64,000 nucleotides of DNA. It comes from Vicugna vicugna. Lineage: Eukaryota. The position numbers and the translations under genes are program-made. Positions 1-13,545 of this stretch are shown in pieces (position 1 is the stretch's first letter; each line of letters starts with the position of its first letter). Under the pieces are notes generated by a model, which was given only the letters and a program-made list of their open reading frames with translations, was not told the origin of the DNA and did not search any database. The stretch lies in contig MU058221.1 of NCBI GenBank assembly GCA_013265495.1, positions 558,001-622,000 of the forward strand, read 5' to 3'.

Positions 1-2459
1 GGTGAGATATAAACTAATTTTACTGCATATAAAGTGGTATATTTGATGGCAGTTAGATGGAAACTGACAACTGACAAATAAAGGGGTTGGAACGTCAGTG
101 GCATTGAATTAACCATATGGTTTTTATGATCTTAAAATCAAAGGTTACATGAAAGTAGTCATTACAAAGTGTTCCCTGCCACCCTGCAGACAAATATTTC
201 ACTTTATTGTGTTTGTATAATAGGAGAGAGCTACACATCTCTGGTTCCAATTAGATTAAATTGCTGCATTTTATTGATTTGTAAAAATGTTCTTAAGCAG
301 AAGAAATATTTTCTCAGATGTTTTTGCTCTCTAGTGCATAATACAGATAATTTGTACCACATTTGACGTGTATGCTCTGCTGAAGACAGACATGCTGTTT
401 GCTTTCCCATTGTCTGAGGTTTTCAGATCGAACGATGTCTTCACAGGTATTTGGGACTCTCCGCCCAAGAAAATGCCGCCTTTCCTGTGGGACGAGGCGA
501 CTTGTAGACCAGATCACTTCTAATGAGCTCTAATACAGACTTTCCCAAGTAATGCCCATTTCTGTTCTGTCAGAGCTAATACAACCAGATGACCCATTTA
601 TGCAATTTTCTACCTTTCTGCAAGATGGATGAGTAAGCTTAATGTATAAAAGATGGCAAAATGGAATCCAGATGTCTGCACAGAACAGAATAACTGGGGT
701 CGCGGTTCAATTACTAGCACCTGTCAGTCCTTCCCCATCATTCGTCTTTCGTTCTGCTACTGACTCTCACGGTTGAAATTAGATGTCATGGAATAAATGT
801 GATAGAAAGTTACTTTTCAGCTTTTCTTAAAGAAAGGATCAATGCAACGTGCATTAGGGAAAAAAACCACCAGTGTTGCTGGCCATGTTCATATTTTCAG
901 GATGGAGGAAAATGTACTCCCCAGAGTGGCACCGTTGAGAACACAGTTTGTAAAGAGAGTAATTTCCAGTTCTTTAGAATAAGGTTTTGCCATCTGTTCA
1001 GAAAAATGCACAGTTTCTAATGCTGAATTATGTGATTATTAATGCATTTGTTCTAATATATCTATTTTTTAATTCTGACACGCCAGATATTAACAATTAT
1101 TTAACAGATCTTTAAATCATATTTTGACATTGTTATTCCTGAGTGTTAAAAAAAAAGATTTTTGAGCTAGAAACATTTATCTTGATAATACTAGAAAGTC
1201 TGAAAATATCAAATGATTGCATTATTAAAATATATGGTGTATTTTATAATATTGACTGAACCCTCACTGTGTCTATAAACGTGTAATAAATAAGAGAGCA
1301 AGGTTACCAATGTGTTACAAATGCGCATGTACTGACAATAAAAGGAAAGTCCAGAAAATGATCCAGGTGATATATCTACAGTTTAGCTTCCAATAAAATT
1401 GGAATTTAAAATGAGTACAAGAATAGATTTTTCAGTAAATTGTGCTAGGATTTAGAAGGAAATTTGGTTATATTTTTGAGAATAAAGTCAAATGAATATT
1501 ATGCTATACTAATAATACTAATATTAAAATTTTTAATTTTCCAAAAATTTTTCTGGACTATATTCAACAATGTTTGCAAAAGTTCTAAAATTTACAGTTT
1601 TTAATCTTTTAAAACATTTATACTATGTTTTAATCTAAAAACATCATGAGGGTCATGCAGAAAGAGTTATGTACAACAATCATCTTGGCATGTGTTTTTA
1701 AAATATTGTTTCTTTTATTTTCCACATTCCCTAGCACTCAGAACTGTTCAGCGGCGTTTTGCAGAGTGGCTTGTTACGCATAAATATTGCATAAACTGTG
1801 TGCTATGGTTAAGCTGAGAGATTTTTAGCAAATGAAAGAGATGACGGAGCAAACGGTGCTGACTGGTAGCACCGAGTTATTACTGTGATGTAAACACGCC
1901 GCCAGGGTGAGCGTCAGGCCACCAACCCGACGTCATGACGGTGGCGACGGGAAGGGACGTGCCCAGCTGGCCCTGTCGCTGAGCCGGCTGCAGCACACCA
2001 CCGGGCCCGTTTATCAAAACAGCAGCACGTCGCAGGACATGCTAACCGCGGCTCTCCTCCTTGCGGTGATTTCCTGAGTCGGACACCCCTTTGCTGGGCA
2101 TCTGATGAGAAACAGTCCGCTTTCCTGCTCAAAGCCTGATTCAGGCAAGGAGGACGCAGCCTCACTCGGCAATTAGAGATTTGAGGACAAAACCTAAGAA
2201 GAATTTTACGAACTGCCTTTTCTCTGACCAGTTCTCTGTGGTTTTTGCGGGCAAGTCTGGGACAAGAGGGAGGTGGTTTTCAGGAAGGACTGACAGGTGC
2301 AGGAAATACCATGTTCCTGCCATATTCTTTCTATCCCTAATATTTCTTTTGATTCTGAGCATTTTACTTAACATCACTACGTTTCAGTTTCGTATCTCAA
2401 AAACAGAATTCCTCTGCTAATAATCAAAAGGCCACTGTGCGGCAAATGTCGGGAGTTAC

Positions 2460-2471
2460 CTGTAGGAGTAT
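2460..2471 (-). other. Candidate 12-nt microexon (ATACTCCTACAG)
   Basis: Minus strand reads ...gtatgtccctcttcgcag|ATACTCCTACAG|gtaact. Non-repetitive context, no stop in any frame. Splice-signal prediction only. Confidence 0.4.
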
Positions 2472-3484
2472 CTGCGAAGAGGGACATACTAAACAGACAC
2501 GAAGATGATGTACTATTGGACCATTGTTGGCAGAGTCCTTCATGCAAGTCCCTGAGGGGTCCTTTTGATGCCACAATAACTGGCAAGTTTACAGGAAGCA
2601 AGGAATCAAATCAGTGTCTTTTCCTCTCTTATGTATTTATTCTGTAGCTAATCAAATAGTTAGGAAGCGGTTTAGAAACAATTAAACATACAAATTCTGC
2701 AGACAAAGTAAGCGGTGTTACTTCCTGTTTGCAAGATTGCACTCTTGGTCATTCATGCCACGTGGGTGGATGTTCTTCTTTTATCGCCGCTAATCTTTTG
2801 TGGAAATGATATTTCTTCCCACTGAATTATAACCTTCCTTATAATAAATACGGCCCTTCTATTGAAAATTGGTTTGTGCACATTTTGTATTGAAGAGCTT
2901 CAAACTTTCATGCACACTCCGATCACTTACAGACGTGCTCTGAAGTCTTTTTGGCTTTAAATGCAGAAACTGTCTTCTTCCAGATCTTTTCCCTTTGTTT
3001 TCTTATCATACAACTAACTACGCAAAGGGTGTTTCAATAATAGCAGAATATGTTTACATCAAAACACATTTTAAATAATAAAATCAAGAGGGCAAATAAA
3101 ATCAAATTATCTGTGGAAAGAAAAACGTATTAGAACTCCATATTAAAAAAAAAAGACTAGATTTAAATAAAGACTCCTTTATTTAATGGAACCACCTAAT
3201 TAAAAAAAAACCGACCAAAAACACAACTAATAAGGTTGGATAAGCTAATCATTTGCTGTGAGACAGACAGTCACCGTGTGTCAGCAGGCAGCCACTCTCC
3301 TGCTCCTGCATGACTCTGCGACTAGGCGCCCTGCTGGCCTTGCTGCCGTCGCTGCCTTCTCCGTGGTCTTCTCAATGTTGGTGCTGCCTGGGCGCTGACA
3401 AAATGGTCTGTCTACGTACACACAGCACCGGTTGATCTCACCCATCCCTGTGGCCTCAAAAGGCATCAGTGTGCTGACCGTGCT

Positions 3485-3607
3485 GCATGTGTTTGTGTGT
3501 GTGTGTGCATGTGTGTGCGCGCATGTGCATGTGTTTGTGTGTGTGCGTGTGTGTGCACGCACATGTGTTTGTGTGTGTGTGTGCATGTGTGCATGTGTTT
3601 GCACATG
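3485..3607. repeat. Interrupted (TG)n/(TGCA) purine-pyrimidine microsatellite
   Basis: TG repeats with TGCA/CGCA/TTTG interruptions, seen directly. Confidence 0.9.
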
Positions 3608-3716
3608 CAGATCATTCTCTCAGCAGAAACCGTCTTTGTGAGCTAGCAGCTTCGTTGTTGCTCGTGGGTGCGCATTACTCCCACATCAATATTAATACTT
3701 TAAAAGTGAAGATCTT

Positions 3717-3875
3717 GGGTGGATGGTGTAGTTCAAGTGGTGGAGAACGTGCTCATCACTCACAAAGTCCTGGGTTCACTCCCCGGTACCTTCTCTGAGA
3801 ATAAATAAATAAGTAAACCTAATTACCTCCCTGCACAAAAAAAAATAAAATAAAAAAATATAAATCTAAAAAAAG
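3717..3875 (+). mobile_element. tRNA-derived SINE, camelid Vic-1-like (diverged)
   Basis: Pol III A-box-like tagttcaagtgg, B-box-like gggttcactccc, then aataaataagtaaacctaattacctccc and an A-rich tail. Same architecture as the copies at 39.6 and 59.4 kb. Confidence 0.85.
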
Positions 3876-6340
3876 AGCTGAAACTCTTGAAGCCACATTC
3901 TCTATCATTTTTAATGGCACCAGCAAGTACTTTATTTTTTTTACAAAATGCCTACGTGTTATACTGACTTTCTGCATGTACCCTCCTTTTTTTTTTGGCA
4001 CACTTGAAGTCTTTTGCTAATTTTTTTTTGGAAGAATATGTGATCTTTAATTTTTGATCAAGTTAAGCACAAACACCCATAAACTTCTCCGCCTGGTGGC
4101 AATCACAGTTTCCTGACTAGAGTTCACACAGCGTGGGGACATTCTGTTGCGAACTAATTCTAAAAGATTGCATGCATTGGCTTATTCTCCATCAGAAACT
4201 AAAATTTCAGAAGGCAGGTAGAGCATTAACCCAGTGCAGCCATCCGCATTTGAACCAGTAGCCTGTTGATCTGCAAATGCCTGAGGCTGCCACTCACCCC
4301 AGAGGCGTTGATGCAGCGGCCCATCCCCGGCTGCCACTGGGTCTCTACGTCCTCACAGACGCAGCTCACGCGGCAGTTTATTCCTTTTGGAACATTGATC
4401 ACGTGGAGACCAGGGAAGTACGACATTTCACTCTTCTTGGTATAATGGTTGCCCGTTGGTGATTCTTTATTATATTTCAGTCATGAAAGAGCAAGCTAAA
4501 GCATAAGCAAGGGGTTTTCTTTTCCAAACCCCTATTATACGAAAACAAACAAGGGTCAGGGCATAACTCTTTTTTTTCCTCCGAATGTAGTGAAAACAGT
4601 GGGCTGCCCTTTCACGCTAACTATGTCTAGGAAAGAGCTGAAAGGCTTGCTGAGCCAGAGACGTAAAGGGCTGGGATCGCGCCGGAGTCGAAAACCTTTA
4701 TTTACACTCGCTCAGCGTGACCGCGAGCTTCCACACGGCCGAGCCCGTGGCTCAGGCGCCTGCAGGGAAGGTTAGTACGTCATCTGGCTCTTCTCACACA
4801 AATTATGCTCGGACGGCAGCCATAGGCCCTCTCATAGTTTCCTTCCTTTCATGAGGGGGTTTCATGAACCCCTCTCCCTCTCGGCCTGCAGATGGATTTC
4901 CTCCTCCACTGGGCTGGTTCAGCGCGATGGACGCGGAAGGCAAGGTCCTTTCTTTTCCCTGCAGAAAAGTTATGCTTTGCTAAAGCGTTTCCTTCAGAAG
5001 CACTGAGCTGTTTGAAATTTAGACATGGGGCAAAAAAAAGAATCCAGGCACATGTTTGGCTTAAGTGAGAGGATCTCATTGCTTAGTGATGGTGGTGGTG
5101 ATGAATGGCGATAGCTGTAGACATTTTTTCCTTACGTAGCATGGACATTTGTTTTTTTCAGTGCTGTGCGCTCACATTTACTTTCTGCAGTCCCAGTCCT
5201 CACCCACTCACGTAGCCTCCAGCTTGGCGCTGGCGCATTCTAAGCGGTGGATGAGACGGACACAGACACAAGTAAAACTGGTGCGACCCCACGGAGCGCT
5301 TAGCCATCCCTGTTAACTCTGCCATTAATTCAATCAGCACATGTTTTCAGGGGTTACACCTGAAACATGCGCTAGTTTCAGCAGAAAGGGAAGTTGAAAT
5401 TGTCTGGGAGAGCCTGGTGAGCTGGCTAACGGACCTGAAGGGGAGATTCTTGGCTGCTGGCACCGGGGGACTAGGACGGAGGGGGAGCAGAGCGGTGGGA
5501 CCTGGACCCGAGGTCTGAGGAGACAGAGGTGACGAAGAAGCCACGCAAGCTGTGTTCACACAGCCTGACACTCGACACCAAGAGACACCGTCTAAAATCC
5601 TCCTGTCTCCAGACAATACAAAACAGCAGAGTGGGAGAGAAGGGCTGTGTCCGCTACCCACACATATAAATACTGCACTAAGGTTGCTGCGCCACGTGGA
5701 GTTTCAGGGTGGTTACGTCACCAGGAAAGAGCCACAGAGACCAGTGCTCAGTGGTCCACGCCGATGCCTGTTCCTCACCGAGTGCTCAGCACTCGCTGCC
5801 CTAAGTGGCAGCAAATTCCTGCGTCCTCAGACACACGTGAACATGCATCAGCCATCCCCTGGGGACAGACAGAAATGCCTGGAGGTTACTCTTTCAGATT
5901 GCGTGAGCAGGGGCAAATGGAGTGCCTGCTACTGCTGTTAACTTAACCTCACCTCTACCTGCAGAGTGCTGACGCCTAGAGCAATCAGGTCTTACTTCCT
6001 AGAGTAACTTAGATTTTAGATCCTGAGCACAGAAGGGATTTACCTGCATGACATGAGGCCAAGGTAGTGGGGTGGGGATGGATCAATGAAGAAATAATTG
6101 CAATCTATAATGAGATGCTGTGAAAATTCAGAGAGAGAGAGAGTGGTGTGTGAGCACAGAGAATGAATATATAATCCAGACTTGCTAAGACTGAGTTTGG
6201 AGGAATATAGAGGGAAAAACAGCAAAATCATAGAAGGCACTAAGGTGAAAGGATCAGCAAGACAGTCTAAGGTATATTCATTGACTTGCAAGAGCTTGGT
6301 TGTGTCTGAACACAGGGTTTAATTAGGGCATAAGCAATAA

Positions 6341-6353
6341 ATAGATAGATTAA

Positions 6354-6421
<68 letters not shown>
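6341..6421. repeat. (GATA)n microsatellite
   Basis: Direct tandem GATA repeats. Confidence 0.97.
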
Positions 6422-6865
6422 GCTTACAGAGAGATAGCAATATACAGAAACAGACAGATAGACAAATATGAGTTTAGAAGACAAGGCTGATGTCAAGAAG
6501 TGTCCTGGGTTCTTTCCCAGTGCCAGGTCCTACAAGGCTAAGCAGCACATCCATCCTACTCACTTCTATACTTCAAACAGCACGACAGTAACAGCAAAGC
6601 AGCAGAAATTCAATAAGTAGTATTGACTGAGTACAGAAATGCATAGTAAGGTGGTCCAAGTTTATCTTGTATCCAGTGTAAGTCACTGGACAACAGCAGG
6701 CAGAAAATACACAGAATGGTAGCTATGGCTTCATTTTAAGGTAAAAGTTTAAACCAGTTTGTGCTTAGATTCATATATTTGCCAAAAAGGAAAAACTGGC
6801 TCTTAATAATAACTATATGTTGTTTAGAATTCTTTAAGTATATGAGTTTTTAAAAGAAAAGGAAA

Positions 6866-7624
6866 GGAAATTAAAAATGATTTAAAGAAATGGAAAGATA
6901 GCCTATGCTCTTGGATTAGAAGGATTAATATTGTTAAAATGGCCATAATGCCCAAAGCAGTCTACAGATTTAATGCGATCCCTATCAAATTACCCAGGAT
7001 ATTTTTCACAACTAGAACAAATAATCCTAAAATTTGTGTTGAATCGCAAAAGACCCAGAATCCCTAAAGCAATACTGAAGAAAAAGAACAAAGCTGGAGG
7101 CATAAACCTCCCAGACTTCAGACAACACTGCAGAGCTACAGTCATCAAAACAGCATGGTATTGGCACCAAAACAGACATACGGACCAAAGGAACAGGACA
7201 AAGAGCCCAGAATTAAACCCGCACACCTACAGTCAATTAATATTCAACAAAGGAGCAGGAATATACAATGGAGAAAGATGGCCTCTTCCAGAAGTGGCGT
7301 TGGGAAAGCTGGACAGCTGCGTGTGAATCGGTGAAGTTAGAACACTCCCTCACACCACACACAAAAGTAAACTCTAAATGGTTTGCAGACTTAAACGTAA
7401 GACAAGACACCGTAAACCTCTTAGAAGAAAACACAGGCAAAACATTCTCTGGCATAAATCATAGCCGTGTTCTCCTCGGGCAGTCTACCCAGGTAATAGA
7501 AATAAAAGCAAAAATGAACAAATGGGACCTAATTAAACTTACAGGCTTTTGCACAGCAAAGGAAACCATAAACAAAACAAAAAGGCAACCTACAGAATGA
7601 GAGAAAATATTTGCAAATGATGCA
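6866..7624 (+). mobile_element. LINE-1 ORF2 internal fragment (frameshifted)
   Basis: Translations [34 protein letters not shown] and [26 protein letters not shown] are typical of L1 ORF2 downstream of the RT. Split over ORFs 6973-7326 and 7268-7600. Confidence 0.95.
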
Positions 7625-10600
7625 TGTGGGGAAAAGTGTAATGAAAACATGGATGGAGTTATCGGATGCTGCTTCGCTTAATCACAAGTGCTTGCCGCCA
7701 TAATAAGTGCCATAAAATATTCACATTCAGTGAATAAATAAATATCATTACTTACCTTTTTATATTTAAAAAGTAATAGTGCTCATTCATTCCCTGCACA
7801 CCATGCATTGACCTTGTTCAGGCTACGCGTACTGGTTATGTGTGGGAAATACAGAGCTGTGTCTATGAAACTCGTAGTCCCTGCCCTAAAAGGGAGACTC
7901 AGAACGTAGTAAGACAGAAAGAGAATTCTCTCTCAGCTGTGCCTCACTCAGAAAGTCACAGGTGGGAGCGGCCACCAGGCACCATCGACAGGGATCTCCG
8001 CTCACTTCAGGGCGCTGACTCATACTACGTACATTCTGCCGACATGCAACAGTTCGGCTTTGCAAATCAGAACCTGTTTTATATATAACAATTTAATATT
8101 AGCTTAATTTATCAATTAATTAATTCCAATTAATTTGGAAATATATATGCAAACATTTAAAGAAATCTATTAAAAAATAATCCAGGCCTCTATGTAAAGC
8201 AATGCAACAGATATGTGAGTTTTGCCACTAACATTGGACAGAAGGCAACATTAAAAATTGGGCATTTTAAGGAGTCTCCATTTCCTTAACTTGATAAATC
8301 TTTGGGAAACTGAGGTTAAACTGTCTTGAAGGAGGCATACTGGCCTTTCGATGGAAGATTACTTCTTAAAAAAAAATCTTGGAAGCACATTTGTTAGCAA
8401 AAGGGTTGTGCTCAGTGAATTTTATTTCCTCATGTCATCAATCTTAGGTCCCACTGCATTTGACGTTCATGAATATTGTTACAATCTGACATTTACCATA
8501 TTTGCTCTACTTCTCTAGTAATTTGACCTTGAAAAGAAAGTCTGCCATCAGCCCCACTGATTCACTCCCAGTTTTGTGGCATTTGAGTACAAAAAAAGTA
8601 AGAAACACAACTGAGTAGGAAAATCATCACAGTGATATGAATTCTCAGAATATTTCTAGTGTTTATATAATTTCACTCTGAAAATCTCAGTGATGCAAAA
8701 TAGAAAATATTTTTAAATACATCAAGATTTTATTTTTAAGCAAACAGGCTATTTCTTTGGGCTTAAATGAAATGGAAAAGAGAGAATTTGAAATCTGTAA
8801 TCAGTCATGTCAAGGTTGATAATAAAAACATAAGTCTGCATAATTCTTTAGTATTTTCTAAATGCCCTGACCCCTTTAAATGTTTGATATAAGAGGCATT
8901 CAGGCATAAACCAAACAACAGGGTAAACTATGAAAGCCGGGGTTTTAAGTGTACTTGCAAAAATAGGGTACACTTGCAAAGAAAGTAAAATGAGGGGAGA
9001 AAAGTGCACGTTTTACTTATTTTTAAATCTTATGCCTACAACTGAGGCCCTTCTACCACAAGTAGAAAAACTTCACTTTAACAGTCTTTCTTCTGCTCCA
9101 AATGCAGATACGTAAATTGAGCCTTTGACAGTTCAATGATTTATTCAAGGTCACACATTGATTAAATAAAGACTCATATTTAAGTCCTTGGACTATAAAT
9201 ACTGTGTTTTTTATAGTATAATACCATTACACTCAAAAGATTTTAAGGAGTCCATTTAATTCCATTGTAACACTGACATGATAAAGACCACTGATTTCTG
9301 CCTGCATAGAAAGGTTGCTTTGTAATTCAGGAAGATTTAATAAACCTAAATATGCAAAAAAATGATACAAATAGAATGGAACAGAAGAGTCCAAGTTGGT
9401 CTTAAGTTCCCAATGTCTTTTCCAGACTCTTCAAAGTACATGACTGAAAAGCAATAATTCTGGTCTATATTTGTATTTTATTTATGCTGTATTCTTGTGT
9501 TTACAGTATATTCATCAAAATCATTCATGAGATGGGAAAGGAGATGCGAACATTTCCAATCATCTGCATGGAATCCAATTCTGTGAATCCTTTCTGTGAG
9601 ACGAAACAAGATTAGGCCATAATGTATTTTTTTTCTAGATTTATCACCTCCATAATGACTTAGTTTGTAGACAAAAATCCAATAAAATCAGTGACATTGG
9701 GTCCAGAAGAATCGGTGTTCTTACATGGCATGCGCCTACGTCCTTGTCCACCTTGTTCAAGGTGGGAGGTACCAAGAACTGGACACCCGCTGGAAAACAA
9801 GCAGGGCGACTTCCAGGGCCACTGCCTGACACCTGCTTCTTGTGATTGTTGTCTGAACTAAGATTCACCACACGGTCACCTAAACGTTATGAATTATTTA
9901 CCGTTTTAATGAAATGTACCTTGTTAACATGTTACTAATCTCATTTTAGAAAAGGAGAAACAAACAACACAGAAAGCAATCTCTGGCTGAGAATGAACAC
10001 ACTGTGGTTCTTTTGAAACCTGTCTTCCCAGCTCCACGATGCATGGCTAGCTTAGTAGCAGCTGCTTTTGGGGGTAAAATGTATTTAATATTAGTCCACA
10101 TTGACTGAAAGTTGTTGCTCACATTGAGAAATGTTTCAATACTTAAAAATGTAGTGGGGTTTTTTTGTTATTTTTTTGTTTGTTAGTGTTGGGTTTTTTG
10201 TTTTTTTTTTTGTAGAATTAAGGAACAGTGTAGTTTCTGGTGGGTTTCACATGTTTGTCGCAAAGCCAAAGGCGACAGGGATCTGCAGCGGACGATGTTT
10301 AGCTTCAGCTCGTCTGCGCCCCAGTTCCCTGTTCTGAGATGACACGTGTGTGGTGGCCCTGTGATAGCATTGTGACCTGTGAGGCTTACAGGGAGGGCTT
10401 CTGGACTTGACCCACTCAGCCAGGAAGATCTCTGCCTGACGTGGTGTGATGCTTGAGTTAGAGAAGGCTTCTTGCAACCTGAGCCCGAGGACCAACACAT
10501 CAGAGCTGGTGGATCAGAAGGCAGCAGAAGCCTAACTCAGACAGGATAGCACGAAGCCCCCGACTCAGCACTGACTGTCCTCAAATCCTCTGTTTAGGGG

Positions 10601-11013
10601 GTAAACGCCTTCTTGTCTAAGTCCGTGCTCCTTAGACGTGCTGTCACTTGAGGCCAAAGCGTTCCCAAGTGCACTGCTTTTTCTCAAGTTAATACGATTA
10701 TAAAAACCTGAAATGCATTTAAATAGACAGTGAAATACAGGTTTGACTAAACAAGAATCACTCAGTTTAAAAATAAGGATTTTTCTTCTGAATTTTGGGG
10801 AAGTTGGAGGGTCAAGTTTTAATACTATAACATTGTAGACATTTAAAGGAAAGTATTTTAAATTTAAGGATGAATTATGTACGTTTGCATCTTTCATAGT
10901 CTCATAACTCCAAGTATTTCTACTCATACTTTCCCTCCAAAAATATTTTTCATCTTTTATCAAAATGTGAATACTCTTCAAGAAACTCTTCAAATGCTAG
11001 TTTAAAATTATTG

Positions 11014-11499
11014 TATATATACAATGGAATACTATTCAGCCATAAAAATGACAACATAGTGCCATTTGCAGCAACATGGATGCTCCTGGAGAATGTCATT
11101 CTAAGTGAAGTAAGCCAGAAAGAGAAAGAAAAATATCATATGAGATCTCTCATATGTGGAACCTAAAATTAAAGAAGAAGAAGAAGAAAAATGAACTTAA
11201 ATATAAAACAGAAACAGACTCACAGACATAGAACACAAACTTGTGGTTACCAGGTGGGAAGGGAGTGGGAAGGGACAGACTAACAGTTCAGAATTTGTAG
11301 ATACTGACAGGTATATACAGAAGAGATAAACAAGTTTATGCAGTACAGCACAGGGAGATGTATACAGGATCTTGTGGTAGCTCACGGTGAGAAAGAATGT
11401 GACGATGAATATATGTATGTTCCTGTGGGACTGAAAAGTTGTGCTCTACACTGGAAATTGACACATTGTAAACAGACTATAACTCAATCAAATAAAAAA
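11014..11499 (+). mobile_element. 5'-truncated LINE-1 (ORF2 end + 3' UTR) with TSD
   Basis: tacaatggaatactattcagccataaa...ctaagtgaagtaagccagaaagag and an A-rich tail. 12-bp TSD ttaaaattattg at 11002-11013 and 11500-11511. Confidence 0.93.
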
Positions 11500-12689
11500 T
11501 TAAAATTATTGCATGTGTGTGTGTATATATACATATATGCATTCCTAGTTAGAAAACTTGGTGAGAAAGTTTGTATTAGAAACATGTAAAAGTTGCATGT
11601 ATTTAAAAAGTTCCCAGCTGTGAATTAATAGGGGAGCTAATGTTTCCATAAGCGCAAACTGAGAAGTTTCCTGCCCCGATTAGAAAGGGTTCCCAGAGAG
11701 GTCTGCCTTCAGCTCACAGACTCAGCGGGAGAGCATCTCCTTTCTCTCCTCTGCCAACACCACAAGAAAAGGGAACAGGAGCATGAGAAGGAATCGGACG
11801 CGCCTTCCAGAGACCTTGAGCGACACGAAGGCAAACGGGGGTCATCGCTTTAATTAGCTTTAATAACCCACAGAAGGGAGAGAGATCCCCTCCTGAGACG
11901 AAAAGTCACCACTGCTGGAAGGACGCTGGTGAAATTTCTGTGATGTCAAAAGTCTTGCTGCATGATTGAAGTTTTATTAAGGAGTTCAAGCAGTGAAAGG
12001 CTTCAGACTAACATGTTGAGAGGCAATCGAAACAAAGATGAAATCAAATGCCTTTTAAAAGTTTTTCTCCTTCCCAGCTAACAGCTGGCTTCTTTTAAAG
12101 GCAGAGTCCGTACATTGCGGTCATTTTATTATCATTCCATTTGGTCATCACTTTTGATGATAGAAGAGAATATTGAAAGAGAATAATGAGTCATTAACGA
12201 ACGCCCAGGAAGCAGTGAATCTGCCCGCCGCGCCCCACGCGCACATTTGCTAACCGTTTCAAAGCCATGAAAGCAAACAACCCGCCCTCTGAACCTGAAA
12301 GGAGCTCTGAGGGCTCCGCTCAGGCTTCCCCTTGGCCGGGCCCAGTCAGGGCTGACACCCGTGACCCGCCATCCGCCTTGTCACTTCGAACACTGTCACT
12401 GCGTTATCACCCAGGAATATGCCTGGCTCATCTAGTTGTGTTTTAAACGGTGCTAACTCTAGACTTTCACTGGGCTCGGGTCCTTTGCATTTTGGTAATG
12501 CTGCATGTCCTAACACGGCCCTTTTGCATACCGACTTGAATATTCCTTGTTTGACTTGAACTCTTAAAGAACGTACAGTGAAAACCCTGTGCTTTATAAA
12601 GCTAAGCGTGACCATCCCTTCTTCTAGAATCAGAAGAGAGACGGGGCTGCAGGAGACTGAGCGTTGCAGGAGATTCTCATAGACTTTAA

Positions 12690-12882
12690 TGTTTTTATTG
12701 AAGTAGAGCTGGTTTGCCATGTTGTGTTACTTTCTGGTTTATTATTTTATATTCTTTTTATTATAGGCTACCTCAAGGCATTGAATATAGTTCCCTGTGC
12801 TATTACTGTAAGACCCGCATACTTGGATGGACCTGGAGATCGTCATACTGAGTGAAGTAGGCCAGAAAGAGAAAGAAAAACA
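12690..12882 (-). mobile_element. Short 5'-inverted (twin-primed) LINE-1
   Basis: 12690-~12812 is an L1 3' end on the minus strand. ~12817-12882 is an L1 ORF2 terminus (ggacctggagatcgtcatactgagtgaagtag) on the plus strand. 13-bp TSD tcatagactttaa at 12677-12689 and 12883-12895. Confidence 0.8.
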
Positions 12883-13109
12883 TCATAGACTTTAACCAGA
12901 AAGATAGTCCTTTCCTGGTGTACGTTGCTATAATTCTCCAAATCAAAGCTCTCTGCTTGGCCAAGATTGTCCCTATTAAACAGTTTTAACTAATAGCAGA
13001 CACTGCTATTACTACACAGAAATACAGTAGGTAGATTCTTTCTGGAGGTTTCATGAGCACGTGGACTGCAAGACCTACATCAGCGGTCTTCCCCGCGTTT
13101 CCCACCATT

Positions 13110-13545
13110 TCTAGGTGTCTTTCCTTTTGGAGGTTCCCCTCTTTTGCGAAGAAACCGATCATTTGTTTGTGCTCCTAGCTCAGGAGAGTAGGCACATGCT
13201 CCAGTGTGGCCACTCTGCATACTTGGGGTGGGTAGTCGTATGTGAGATGTCCCTTGCTCCTAAAATCTCAGGAGACGAAGGCAGTGGAAGCCAGGAAAGA
13301 CTGGGCACAGTTATTCTGGCACATACAGTAAGTCTTCTTGAGAGTGAAATCAAAAGATGAAAAAACTAAGCTAAGAGATGGAGGAGAAGAGGTACATTTA
13401 TATTGTGAGCTCTTCTTGATTCAGTCACGTCCGGAGCAAGTTTTATGCCTTGGACTTTGCAGGTACATGGACCAGTATCTTTCTTCTTTTGCTTTAGCTA
13501 ATTTGATTTTGGCTTCTATTACATGCAACCATAATAAACAAGACA
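13110..13545 (+). mobile_element. Old MaLR LTR remnant (MLT1J/I-like)
   Basis: The 3' part ttggactttgcaggtacatggaccagta...ttgctttagctaatttgattttggcttctattacatgcaac resembles MLT1 3' ends. Boundaries approximate. Confidence 0.55.

Noticed and set aside
428..452. Plus-strand ~20-nt exon (ttttcag|ATCGAACG...CACAG|gtattt)
   Set aside because: Weak donor and a competing AG nearby; indistinguishable from chance.
3281..3798. ORFs rich in HT/CV
   Set aside because: Translations of the TG/CA microsatellite.
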